64,000 nt of DNA from Proteobacteria bacterium UBA6503 (GTDB lineage Bacteria; Pseudomonadota; Alphaproteobacteria; UBA1280; UBA6503), in assembly GCA_002436405.1 (NCBI GenBank), contig DJLZ01000001.1:58056-122055 (forward strand), read 5' to 3'. A program made the position numbers and the translations under genes. The notes under the pieces were generated by a model. That model saw only the letters and a list, made by a program, of their open reading frames with translations, was not told the DNA's origin and did no database searches. Each line of letters starts with the position of its first letter. Within the stretch, counting starts at the first letter, position 1. Below are positions 26,972-36,284 of this stretch, piece by piece.

Positions 26972-27571
26972 TTACTGGTACTGTACATCCAGTTGGATTG
27001 GGTCACCACCAGCAAGGGTTGTGCTATGAGGGGCGTTAGCAAAAGCTGCTGCTGTTGCACCGTCAATTGTGCCACCCATAAGGATAGTGTTGTTTGTTGC
27101 CAAGTCTAGCACTGGGCTAAGAGCTGCAACACCTAGGCCAGCACAAGCTGTACCTGCACCACCTGCTACACCTGTTTCCATTACGATTTCAACTGCGTTA
27201 ACATCAATTGATGAACCAGCACCATCGGTTAGGGTACCTGAGGCTTCACAAAAGATATCTAGAGTAGCGCCATCTGTACCTGTAGTAATATCAACGTTAC
27301 CTTCAGTACCTGTACCGTTTCCTGAGAAGTTACCTGCGTACACAATGTTAGCGTCAGTACCTAGTACGGCAGTATCACCACCTGCAGGAGCTGCTGCTAC
27401 TTCAATTGTGTTAAATTCCATGTCTGTGTTTTTAACAAGTGTTAGCGCTGCCAAGAAGTTGGCGTTAGCGTCAACCTGAACTGTTGCTGCGTATGCTGCT
27501 GTAGCACCGCCTGCGATTAATGCTGTTACTGCTAGTGCACTCGTGTATTTTTTCATCGTTAGTTTCATCAT
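26972..27571 (-). CDS. Probable major fibre subunit (DUF4402-like), 199 aa
   Basis: It is the first gene of the operon, with a GGAG 7 nt before the ATG. It has the signal peptide ALAVTALIAGGATAAYA/ATV, is Gly/Thr/Ala-rich, carries a Cys pair (DIFCEASG ... GTACAGLG), and ends in the tail IQLDVQYQ. Confidence 0.65.
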   Translation of the reverse strand: MMKLTMKKYTSALAVTALIAGGATAAYAATVQVDANANFLAALTLVKNTDMEFNTIEVAAAPAGGDTAVLGTDANIVYAGNFSGNGTGTEGNVDITTGTDGATLDIFCEASGTLTDGAGSSIDVNAVEIVMETGVAGGAGTACAGLGVAALSPVLDLATNNTILMGGTIDGATAAAFANAPHSTTLAGGDPIQLDVQYQ

Positions 27572-27723
27572 TAGCTTCTCCGTTATAAATATTTACTTAG
27601 TCATATCCGTGAACCATTTAGTTATACGCTGGTCACATATTATTTTGGGGCATGCCTCAAGTAGAAATACCAATATTACTGACATTTTTTGATACATTCA
27701 AATTTTTGACCTGACGAATTACT

Positions 27724-27738
27724 GTATCATTATGATAC
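27724..27738. promoter_or_regulatory. Perfect 7-1-7 palindrome GTATCAT-T-ATGATAC in the fibre-operon / argS intergenic region
   Basis: Read directly from the sequence. A second short palindrome, TGTATACA, lies at 27748..27755, and both are preceded by ACTGTAT. Confidence 0.35.
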
Positions 27739-27932
27739 GCTAAAGACTGTATACAATCTGTGAATATGTAAAATCAAGGGCCACCGTGGGTTGTAAAAGG
27801 TGTTTCATTTTAAAACAGGCGTAAATCCTAGCTCTTTATTTCAATGAGGATAGTGTTATTTTTGTCAGTTAAAAAAAACTGACACGCCTGAATCTGTTGA
27901 TTTTTTGCTGTCAGAAGGCTAATCTTTCGCCC

Positions 27933-29714
27933 ATGAAAAACCTTACAGCACACCTAAACACCACCCTATCAGAAGCCTTCGCTAACGCTGGGCTTGAAAC
28001 TACACACGCAGCTGTGGTGCCATCTGGCCGCCCTGAGCTTGCTGACTATCAGTGCAACGGCGCCCTTGCCCTTGCTAAGCCAATGGGTAAAAACCCTCGC
28101 GAACTTGCTGAAACTATTCTTGCTGAATTGAAAAAGGCCGATACTGAAGGCGCGATGTTTGCCGAGCTTTCAATCGCTGGCCCAGGTTTTATTAACATTA
28201 AACTCTCAGACGCTTTCCTTGCGAGCCACGCCCACGGGTTGCTTACCAGCCCAACGCTTGGTTTCCCTCGCACAGAAAAGCCTGACACAATTATCCTTGA
28301 TTACGCTGGCCCTAACATGGGTAAGCCGATGCACGTAGGCCACCTACGCCCAACCATTATCGGTGAAAGCCTTAAACGCATGCTGAACTTTGCCGGCCAC
28401 AACGCCCAAGGCGACGTGCACTTTGGTGACTGGGGCATGCCTATGGGTATGATTATCGCTGAACTCGAGCATGACCACCCGGAATGGCCTTTCTTTGAAG
28501 AAGGTAAAACCGAAGGCTTCCCAACTGAAAGCCCTATTGATATTGACGAGATTGGCGCTATCTACCGTAAAGCAGCAGCCCGCGGTAAAGAAGACGAAGA
28601 CGTACGCCGCAAGGCCCGCCTCACAGCAGCTGCCCTACAAGAAGAGCACCCAGGCTACATTGCACTTTGGAAGCTTTTGCGTGGTGTTTCGTTTGAATCA
28701 GCAAAGAAGAACTTTTTACGCCTAAACGCTACGTTTGAACTGTGGCTTGGCGAAAGTGACGTACGCCAAATGCTTGCGCCTATGATTGATGAGCTAAAGG
28801 ATAAGAAGATTGCCGAGCTTGACGACGGTGCTATTATCATCCGCTTTGATGAAGAAAAGAAAATGCCCCCTGCCCTGATTGAAAAATCAGACGGTGGCTA
28901 CACCTACGCCACAACTGACCTTGCGACCATTAAACTTCGTACTGAAGACTATGGAACAAACCGTATTATTTACATTGTTGACCGCCGCCAAAGTTTGCAC
29001 TTCCAGCAGGTATTTGAAAGTGCGCGCATGGCTGACTATGCCAACTACGAACTTACGCACGCTGCCATTGGTACCATTAACGGCCCCGACGGCACGCCAC
29101 TTAAAAGCCGTGAAGGCGCACCACCAAAACTTGATGACCTGCTAAATGCAGCCATTGATAAAGCCCGTGAAAAACTGCCTGAAGTTGGCAGCGAAAAGGC
29201 GGAAGGCTTTACCCAAGAGGACCTTGACCAACTTGCCACCGAAATTGGCGTTGCGACCATTAAGTTCCAAGACTTGCACAACAACCGCAACACTGAGTAC
29301 ATCTTTGATCTTGAGCAGTTCTCTCGTTTTGAAGGTAAAACAGGCCCATACCTGCAGTACAGCGTGGCCCGTATTAACTCAATTTTTGAAAAAGCAGGCC
29401 TAGATGTTGCCAATAAAGGTGCGCCTATTAAAGTAACCCATGCTTCTGAGCGTAATCTTATTTTGAGCATCGCTAACTTTACCGATGCCCTAAACCGCTC
29501 AATCGAACGTTACGAGCCTAGTGCCCTTTGTGAGCAGGTTTACACCGTTGCGCAAAAATTCTCAGCGTTTTACAACGACTGCCCAATCTTGAGCACGGAA
29601 GATGAAGCCGTTAAAGCTTCACGCCTGACCCTTGCAGCCCTCACCCGAGCACACCAACTTGTGTGCCTTGACCTCCTCGGAATTGCTGCACCGCACAAAA
29701 TGCTTACACGCTAA
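27933..29714 (+). CDS. argS: Arginine--tRNA ligase
   Basis: The class I HIGH-type motif PNMGKPMHVGHLR, the anticodon-binding C-terminus and ~590 aa. The ATG at 27933 (MKNLTAHLN) is preferred over the upstream TTG at 27897. Confidence 0.95.
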   Translation: MKNLTAHLNTTLSEAFANAGLETTHAAVVPSGRPELADYQCNGALALAKPMGKNPRELAETILAELKKADTEGAMFAELSIAGPGFINIKLSDAFLASHAHGLLTSPTLGFPRTEKPDTIILDYAGPNMGKPMHVGHLRPTIIGESLKRMLNFAGHNAQGDVHFGDWGMPMGMIIAELEHDHPEWPFFEEGKTEGFPTESPIDIDEIGAIYRKAAARGKEDEDVRRKARLTAAALQEEHPGYIALWKLLRGVSFESAKKNFLRLNATFELWLGESDVRQMLAPMIDELKDKKIAELDDGAIIIRFDEEKKMPPALIEKSDGGYTYATTDLATIKLRTEDYGTNRIIYIVDRRQSLHFQQVFESARMADYANYELTHAAIGTINGPDGTPLKSREGAPPKLDDLLNAAIDKAREKLPEVGSEKAEGFTQEDLDQLATEIGVATIKFQDLHNNRNTEYIFDLEQFSRFEGKTGPYLQYSVARINSIFEKAGLDVANKGAPIKVTHASERNLILSIANFTDALNRSIERYEPSALCEQVYTVAQKFSAFYNDCPILSTEDEAVKASRLTLAALTRAHQLVCLDLLGIAAPHKMLTR

Positions 29715-29762
29715 GGGTGCGCTACAGCCTAGGATTGGCGCTGATTATAGACTATAGAACTT

Positions 29763-29792
29763 GCGGGGGCAGCCATTGCCCCCGCTTTTTTT
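29763..29792 (+). terminator. Rho-independent terminator after argS
   Basis: GCGGGGGC / GCCCCCGC stem with a 7-nt loop, followed by T7. Confidence 0.8.
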
Positions 29793-29859
29793 ACGAGAAT
29801 TTTACTTAATCTATTGCGTTTTCATATATAATGCCGCCAAAAGAAAATATAGGTAAGCC

Positions 29860-32800
29860 ATGACATCTGCAGACCGCATCACACAGCCCGTGACTCTAAA
29901 CGACAAATACACCCTTGAAGAAGGCCGCATCTTTGTATCAGGCTCGCAAGCCTTGGTGCGCTTGCCCATCTTACAAAAAGAAGCTGATACAGCCCGTGGG
30001 CTGAATACATCGGGCTTTATTAGTGGTTACCGTGGTTCACCACTTGCCGGGCTTGACAAACAGCTTTGGTCTGCCAAAAAGCACCTTGAAAGCCACGACA
30101 TTAAATTTACCCCTGGCATTAACGAAGACCTAGGCGCGACAGCCGTTTGGGGGAGCCAGCAAACACACCTATTCCCCGATGCGAAGTTTGACGGTACTTT
30201 TGCCCTTTGGTACGGCAAGGGCCCTGGTGTTGACCGTTCAATGGACGCTATTAAACACGCAAACGCTGCAGGCACATCAGCCAACGGCGGCGTACTAGCC
30301 TTGCTTGGTGACGACCACGACTGCGTATCATCAACCCTTGGCCACCAGTCAGAACACGATATGATTTCAGCCATGGTGCCAGTCTTATACCCGGCCACCG
30401 TGCAAGAATACCTAGATTATGGCCTTATTGGCTTTGGCATGAGCCGCTATGCAGGTTGTTGGGTTGGCCTAAAGTGCGCAACCGAAATTGTTGAAAGTTC
30501 AGCCAGTGTTGAGGTTTCACCCACTCGTATTCAGCTTAAAGAACCTAAAAAAGATAGCCGCCCAGAAGGTGGCCTGCACATTCGCATGCCGGACCCACCA
30601 CTTGAGCAAGAACAACGCCTTGAAGCGAAAGTGGCTGCAGCCGTGGCTTACGCTAAAGCCAACGGCGTTGATAAGTTTATTACCAACCCTAAAAAAGCCA
30701 CCCTTGGTATTATTACCAGCGGTAAATCATACAAGGACGTTATGCAGTCACTTGATGATCTGGGCTTATCAGTTAAAGACGCTGAAAAACTTGGCATTCG
30801 TATTTACAAAGTAGGCCTTGTTTGGCCACTCGAAAACGAAGGCGTACTTGAGTTTGCTAAAGGTCTAAAAGAAATCCTCGTAGTTGAAGAAAAGCGCGAG
30901 ATGATTGAACATCAGCTTAAAACGCTGCTTTACGGCCAAAAAGACCAGCCGCGCCTTGTTGGTAAGCACGACGATAAAGGCGAAGTTTTATTACCATTTG
31001 CAGGCGGCCACACCCCCGCCCTTGTGGCGCTGGCAATGGCCAAACGTATTGCTGCAACCTGCGGTAAAAACGCCACCACTAAAGCCGTGGCCGAGCGTGC
31101 TAAATACATTCAAGCCCTACAAGACCAAGCTGAAAAATTTGCCGATACCGTAACACGCCTGCCGTACTACTGTGCAGGGTGCCCGCACAACACCTCAACC
31201 AAAGTCCCTGACGGCAGCCGTGCGGTTGCAGGTATTGGTTGCCACTACATGGTGCAATGGATGAACCGTAGCTCAAACATCATCACCCACATGGGCGGTG
31301 AAGGTGTGAACTGGGTGGGTCATGCGCCATTTACCAATGAAAAACACGTTTTTGCCAACCTAGGCGACGGCACCTACTACCACTCAGGTAGCCTAGCGGT
31401 GCGCCAATCGGTGGCAGCAGGTGTAAACATTACCTACAAAATTCTTTATAACGATGCCGTTGCTATGACGGGCGGCCAACCTGTTGAAGGCCCTATGAGC
31501 GTCGCTCGTATTACGCAGCAAATGGCAGCTGAAGGCGTGAAGAAACTTTACTTGGTAAGCGACGAGCCTGAAAAACACGTGGGCGATAAACAAATTGCCA
31601 CAGGGACGCTAATTCGCCATCGCCGTGAATTGGATGACATTCAGCGCGAACTGCGTGAAACCCCAGGCACAACGGTTATTATTTACGACCAAACATGTGC
31701 CGCTGAAAAACGCCGCCGCCGTAAACGTGGCACGTTCCCTGACCCTGCCAAGCGAGCCTTTATTAACGAACTTGTGTGCGAAGGCTGTGGCGATTGTTCG
31801 GTGAAATCAAACTGCGTGGCTGTTGAGCCGCTAGAAACCGAGTTTGGCCGTAAACGTAAAATCAACCAATCAAGCTGCAACAAAGACTACTCATGTGTCG
31901 AAGGTTTTTGCCCTAGCTTTGTGACCGTCCATGGCGGTGACTTGCGTAAGCTTGAACAACAAAAAACAGGCGACGATACCTTTGCAGGCCTACCAGACCC
32001 TAAACTTCCAAGACTAGATAAGCCCTACAACATGCTTATTACAGGTATTGGCGGCACAGGCGTTATTACCATTGGCGCTGTGCTTGGTATGGCAGCACAC
32101 ATTGAAGGTAAAGGCGTAACCGTACTGGACCAAACCGGTCTCGCGCAGAAAAACGGTTCGGTGATGAGCCACCTACGTATTGCCAAAACCCCTGACGACC
32201 TACACGCCGTGCGTATTGCCACCGGTAATACTGACCTTTTGCTTGGGTGCGATGTTGTGGTTTCAGCAGGTAAAGTTGCGCTAAGCCGCTACTCAGAAAA
32301 AACAACGGCTATTGTAAACAGCCACCTTACCCCAACAGCGGCCTTTACTTTGGACCCTGACACCAAGTTCCACGAGAGTGAGCAAATGCTCAAAATCAAG
32401 AACACCGTGGGTAAAAACGAGGCTGACTTTATTGAAGCTACCGCCCTTGCCACTGACCTTATGGGCGATGCCATTGCCACCAACATGTTTATGATGGGCT
32501 ACGCATGGCAAAAAGGGCTTATTCCGCTAAGTTTTGCGGCCATTGAAGAAGCTGTAAAACTAAACGGCGTTGCCGTGCAAGATAACCTTAAAGCCTTTGC
32601 ATGGGGCCGCCTTGGTGCACACAACCCTGCTAAGGTAAAGGACGTGCTTAAAGCCCGTAAACAGCCAGAGGCCCTTTCGGATACGGTTGAAGAGATTATT
32701 CAAAAACGTGTGGCGTACCTAACTGATTACCAAAACGCTAAATACGCCGAGAAATACCAAAAGCTGGTTGCCAAAGCCCAAAAGGCCGAGGCCAAACTTG

Positions 32801-33405
32801 GTAAAGATACTGAGCTAACTGAAGCTGTGGCCCGCTATGCCTTTAAACTTATGGCCTATAAGGACGAGTATGAAGTTGCCCGCCTATATACCTCAGGCGA
32901 GTTTAAGCAAAAGCTTAAACAAACCTTTGCTGGTAACTACAAGCTGAAGTTCCATATGGCGCCGCCTCTGCTGGCCCGTAAAAACAGCAAAGGCCACCTT
33001 GTAAAGCAAGAGTTTGGCGGCTGGGTTTACCCTGCTTTTAAAGTACTTGCTAAGCTAAAAGGCCTGCGTGGTACTGCGTTTGATATTTTTGGCTACACGG
33101 CCGAGCGTAAAACCGAGCGCCAACTGATTAAAGACTACAAGCACATGGTGAAACACCTTGTTAAAAACCTAGATGCTGAAAACCATCATCTAGCCGTAGC
33201 GCTTGCCCGCATCCCTGAAGAAATCCGCGGGTTTGGCCACGTGAAGGAAAACCACCTTGCTAAAGCTAAAGTTAAAGAAGCCCAAATCTTGGCCGCCTTT
33301 AACGACCCAACCCAACGTACTAACCTTGAGCTTATGCCAACCATTGGCCATAGCCTTGGCAGCGACGACACTGCTGCCACCAAGGTTAAAATTGTGATGA
33401 GCTAA
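29860..33405 (+). CDS. Indolepyruvate:ferredoxin oxidoreductase family protein (fused alpha/beta, 1181 aa)
   Basis: TPP-binding NLGDGTYYHSGS, ferredoxin-like cysteine clusters (YYCAGCPHN, CEGCGDCSVKSNC, CVEGFCPSF), and the characteristic ~1180-aa length. Confidence 0.9.
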   Translation: MTSADRITQPVTLNDKYTLEEGRIFVSGSQALVRLPILQKEADTARGLNTSGFISGYRGSPLAGLDKQLWSAKKHLESHDIKFTPGINEDLGATAVWGSQQTHLFPDAKFDGTFALWYGKGPGVDRSMDAIKHANAAGTSANGGVLALLGDDHDCVSSTLGHQSEHDMISAMVPVLYPATVQEYLDYGLIGFGMSRYAGCWVGLKCATEIVESSASVEVSPTRIQLKEPKKDSRPEGGLHIRMPDPPLEQEQRLEAKVAAAVAYAKANGVDKFITNPKKATLGIITSGKSYKDVMQSLDDLGLSVKDAEKLGIRIYKVGLVWPLENEGVLEFAKGLKEILVVEEKREMIEHQLKTLLYGQKDQPRLVGKHDDKGEVLLPFAGGHTPALVALAMAKRIAATCGKNATTKAVAERAKYIQALQDQAEKFADTVTRLPYYCAGCPHNTSTKVPDGSRAVAGIGCHYMVQWMNRSSNIITHMGGEGVNWVGHAPFTNEKHVFANLGDGTYYHSGSLAVRQSVAAGVNITYKILYNDAVAMTGGQPVEGPMSVARITQQMAAEGVKKLYLVSDEPEKHVGDKQIATGTLIRHRRELDDIQRELRETPGTTVIIYDQTCAAEKRRRRKRGTFPDPAKRAFINELVCEGCGDCSVKSNCVAVEPLETEFGRKRKINQSSCNKDYSCVEGFCPSFVTVHGGDLRKLEQQKTGDDTFAGLPDPKLPRLDKPYNMLITGIGGTGVITIGAVLGMAAHIEGKGVTVLDQTGLAQKNGSVMSHLRIAKTPDDLHAVRIATGNTDLLLGCDVVVSAGKVALSRYSEKTTAIVNSHLTPTAAFTLDPDTKFHESEQMLKIKNTVGKNEADFIEATALATDLMGDAIATNMFMMGYAWQKGLIPLSFAAIEEAVKLNGVAVQDNLKAFAWGRLGAHNPAKVKDVLKARKQPEALSDTVEEIIQKRVAYLTDYQNAKYAEKYQKLVAKAQKAEAKLGKDTELTEAVARYAFKLMAYKDEYEVARLYTSGEFKQKLKQTFAGNYKLKFHMAPPLLARKNSKGHLVKQEFGGWVYPAFKVLAKLKGLRGTAFDIFGYTAERKTERQLIKDYKHMVKHLVKNLDAENHHLAVALARIPEEIRGFGHVKENHLAKAKVKEAQILAAFNDPTQRTNLELMPTIGHSLGSDDTAATKVKIVMS

Positions 33406-33418
33406 GGAGACTTACCCC

Positions 33419-34567
33419 ATGGACATGCTACTCAACGAAGAACACTTAATGGTGCGCGAGTCTATCCGCCGTTTTGCGGAAGAAGAAATTAAACCTCTTG
33501 CGCAAGAGCTTGACGCTAAGGAAGAATTTTCAGTAGAGCTTACCAAAAAAATGGGCGAGATGGGCCTTTTCGGCATGACCATTGACCCTGCATACGGCGG
33601 CCACGGGATGGATACCCTTTCCTACGTCGTCGCTATGGAAGAAGTAAGCCGTATTGATGGCTCACAAGCTGCAACCATTACGGCGCATAACTCAATTGGT
33701 ATTGGCCCTATTTACCTTTTTGGGACTGAAGAGCAAAAGCAAAAATACCTACCTAAAATGTGCACGGGCGAAATGCTTTGGGGCTTTGGCCTGACCGAGC
33801 CTAACGCAGGCTCAGACAGCCGTGCAACCGAAACAGTCGCTAAAAAAACCAACGAAGGTTGGGAAATTAACGGCTCGAAGATTTTTATTACCAACGTGGC
33901 GAACGAACTTTCAGGCGGTTTAACTGTACAAGCCAAAACAGGTACGAACGAAGACGGTAGCCCTGAGCTGACCTGCTTTATTGTTGAAGCGGGCACCCCT
34001 GGCCTAACTGTAAAACCAATGCACGGCAAACTTATGTGGCGTGCGTCTGATACAGCTGAAGTTTACCTTGATAGCGTTAAAGTGACCGACGATGCCATGA
34101 TTGGCAAACAAGGCGACGGCAGCAAGCAAATGCTGACTGCTCTTGATTACGGCCGCCTTGGCATTGCTGCCATGGGCCTAGGCCACGCTCAAGGCGCTTA
34201 CGAACTTGCCCTTGCCTACGCACAGGAGCGTAAACAGTTTGGTAAACCACTTTCAAAACACCAAGCCATTGCCTTTAAACTGGCTGATATGGCTACCGAA
34301 ATTGATTTGGCCCGTACCTACCTTTACAACGTTGCAAAACTACGTGACAGCGGGGCTAAATACAGCAAACAAGCTGCTATGGCTAAACTTTACTGCACCG
34401 AAATGGCTGGCCGTGTAACTGATGCTGCCATTCAGATCCATGGCGGTTACGGGCTTATGCGTGAATACGACGTAGAACGACTATGGCGTGACCAACGTAT
34501 TTTGCAAATTGGCGAAGGCACAAGCGAAGTACAACGCATTGTAATTTCTCGTAATATTGGATGTTAA
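33419..34567 (+). CDS. Acyl-CoA dehydrogenase
   Basis: GLTEPNAGSD, and the C-terminal IQIHGGYGLMREYDVERLWRDQRILQIGEGTSEVQ signature. Confidence 0.9.
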   Translation: MDMLLNEEHLMVRESIRRFAEEEIKPLAQELDAKEEFSVELTKKMGEMGLFGMTIDPAYGGHGMDTLSYVVAMEEVSRIDGSQAATITAHNSIGIGPIYLFGTEEQKQKYLPKMCTGEMLWGFGLTEPNAGSDSRATETVAKKTNEGWEINGSKIFITNVANELSGGLTVQAKTGTNEDGSPELTCFIVEAGTPGLTVKPMHGKLMWRASDTAEVYLDSVKVTDDAMIGKQGDGSKQMLTALDYGRLGIAAMGLGHAQGAYELALAYAQERKQFGKPLSKHQAIAFKLADMATEIDLARTYLYNVAKLRDSGAKYSKQAAMAKLYCTEMAGRVTDAAIQIHGGYGLMREYDVERLWRDQRILQIGEGTSEVQRIVISRNIGC

Positions 34568-34578
34568 AAGGTTTGTAT

Positions 34579-34881
34579 ATGTTTAAAACTCTATTGGCGA
34601 TGGCCCTCTTAATCTTTAGTTTTGCTCCATTAGCGCTGCCAATGGCCGAAGCGCATGCCATGAATGTTAAGTGTAACGACCCTCAAACCGAGCGCGGCAA
34701 AGTGCGCACCATGCGTGAAACAAAGCGCTACCAAAGAGGTGAGCTTGTTGAACGTACAAAAACTGGCAATGTTGAAAACCCAGGCCGTATGATTATCTCT
34801 CCCGAAAAAGTGGACCGAGACGAAAGCTACGAGCCTAAACCAATTAAAGAAGGGTCAAACCTACATGAATGCGTTAACTAA
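34579..34881 (+). CDS. Small secreted hypothetical protein
   Basis: Signal peptide MFKTLLAMALLIFSFAPLALPMAEAHA at the in-frame ATG at 34579. No family recognised. Confidence 0.45.
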   Translation: MFKTLLAMALLIFSFAPLALPMAEAHAMNVKCNDPQTERGKVRTMRETKRYQRGELVERTKTGNVENPGRMIISPEKVDRDESYEPKPIKEGSNLHECVN

Positions 34882-35269
34882 ACTTTCAGCCACAGCGCTC
34901 CTTATAGCAGTGCCAGTTATGGCTCAAGCTGCGACCCCAACCGAGATGATTACCTGTAAGGCTGACCAAGACCAAGCCGAAAATAACATTAAGCTTGAGC
35001 GTATTTCGCCTGAGATGATCCGTGCAACGGGCACACTTACAGCCCCTAGCCCTGCTTATAAAGTGGCCATGCATACCCGCAGCGGTGACCTTGTGCTTGA
35101 ATTTATAGAACCTAACCAAATGGCCCCGATGATGATTAGCGCCATTAAGCTTGACCAAACCATGACCGTCCCGCCCCTCAACACCCCAATTGGCATTAAG
35201 GTTGAGAAAGACTTTAACTGGGGCCCGACTGTTTTTGTGTGCGAGCCTGTAATGCGCCCAGACTATTAA
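34865..35269 (+). CDS. Small secreted hypothetical protein
   Basis: Signal peptide MNALTKLSATALLIAVPVMAQA. It overlaps the preceding ORF by 17 nt. No family recognised. Confidence 0.5.
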   Translation: MNALTKLSATALLIAVPVMAQAATPTEMITCKADQDQAENNIKLERISPEMIRATGTLTAPSPAYKVAMHTRSGDLVLEFIEPNQMAPMMISAIKLDQTMTVPPLNTPIGIKVEKDFNWGPTVFVCEPVMRPDY

Positions 35270-35302
35270 GATATCAAAGCCCTTCAACGCACCTCACATG
35301 CA

Positions 35303-35330
35303 AAAAGCCCCCGAAAAATTGGGGGCTTTT
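35303..35330. terminator. Bidirectional rho-independent terminator
   Basis: AAAAGCCCCC / GGGGGCTTTT perfect 10-bp stem with an 8-nt loop, between convergent genes. Confidence 0.75.
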
Positions 35331-35342
35331 ACTTTTTCAATA

Positions 35343-35825
35343 CTACGACTTTTTAATTTTCACGCCGGCGCCTAATACACGGCGGATAACCTCACGTGGG
35401 CGGATTTTGCGTTCAGTCGTCACCATAATCCCCTTCACGTGGGCTTTAGCCGCAACCTTCCCTTTGACTAAAAAGGTTTGGCTAATATAGAAGTATTTTT
35501 CGTCAAAACTTTCAATTTCAGTGCGCAAGGTAACCTTTTGGCCAAAGTTTAATGGGCGCAAAAACCTAATGTGCACGCCGCCAATAATACCCTGCCAGCC
35601 GTCGCCCCCAAAAATAGCCTTTAAAAGCCCGTAACGGCCTAGCATGTAGTAACGGCCAAGGTCCATCCACGAATGGTAGCGTGCGTTATTCATATGGCGA
35701 TTTAGGTCCATATCCGTCGGAAGAACATGAAAGGTAATATCATGATGGCGTGACACCAGCGGTGAACGCCAGTTTGCCCACAAGATTTTGAGAGTTACCA
35801 ATATAAGTCTGAAATATAAAATCAT
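35343..35825 (-). CDS. Hotdog-fold acyl-CoA thioesterase family protein
   Basis: VLPTDMDLNRHMNNARYHSWMDLGR is the 4HBT/YbgC-like catalytic-region pattern. 160 aa. Confidence 0.7.
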   Translation of the reverse strand: MILYFRLILVTLKILWANWRSPLVSRHHDITFHVLPTDMDLNRHMNNARYHSWMDLGRYYMLGRYGLLKAIFGGDGWQGIIGGVHIRFLRPLNFGQKVTLRTEIESFDEKYFYISQTFLVKGKVAAKAHVKGIMVTTERKIRPREVIRRVLGAGVKIKKS

Positions 35826-36001
35826 GATGTTCTTCTATTTATTCTTCTTGGCCAGAATACCAGATAAATAAGCCCTATAAACATATAGAAAGCTTAATAT
35901 TCCTAAATTTATTTATACTTAGCATCTTGACTTATGACCCAACATCTATTAAAAACAGCGTCTAACACAGATTTTTAAAAGTTTTTAACAAGGGTAGACC
36001 C

Positions 36002-36175
36002 ATGGCAAAACGTACAAACAGCCAATACATCAAGCTAGTTTCAACAGCTGACACAGGCTACTACTACACAACTAAAAAGAACCCAAAGACTGCGACTGAA
36101 AAGATCGAGCTTAAAAAGTACGACCCAGTTGTACGTAAGCACGTGACATTCAAAGAAGCTAAGCTTAAGTCATAG
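36002..36175 (+). CDS. rpmG: 50S ribosomal protein L33 (below the 60-aa cutoff of the ORF track)
   Basis: The translation is [57 protein letters not shown]. It aligns along its whole length with E. coli L33 (..IKLVSSAGTGHFYTTTKN....[24 protein letters not shown]). Confidence 0.9.
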   Translation: MAKRTNSQYIKLVSTADTGYYYTTKKNPKTATEKIELKKYDPVVRKHVTFKEAKLKS

Positions 36176-36225
36176 TTCTTCTTCGCCGAGCTTTATTCGG
36201 CTAGTTCTTTTTAAGTAAAGAATTT

Positions 36226-36260
36226 AAAAGCCCCCTAGGTAAATACCACCGGGGGCTTTT
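36226..36260. terminator. Bidirectional terminator between rpmG and xthA
   Basis: AAAAGCCCCC (36226..36235) / GGGGGCTTTT (36251..36260) with a 15-nt loop, followed by a T-run. Confidence 0.7.
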
Positions 36261-36284
36261 TGTTGTTGCTAGAGGTGACTGTTC

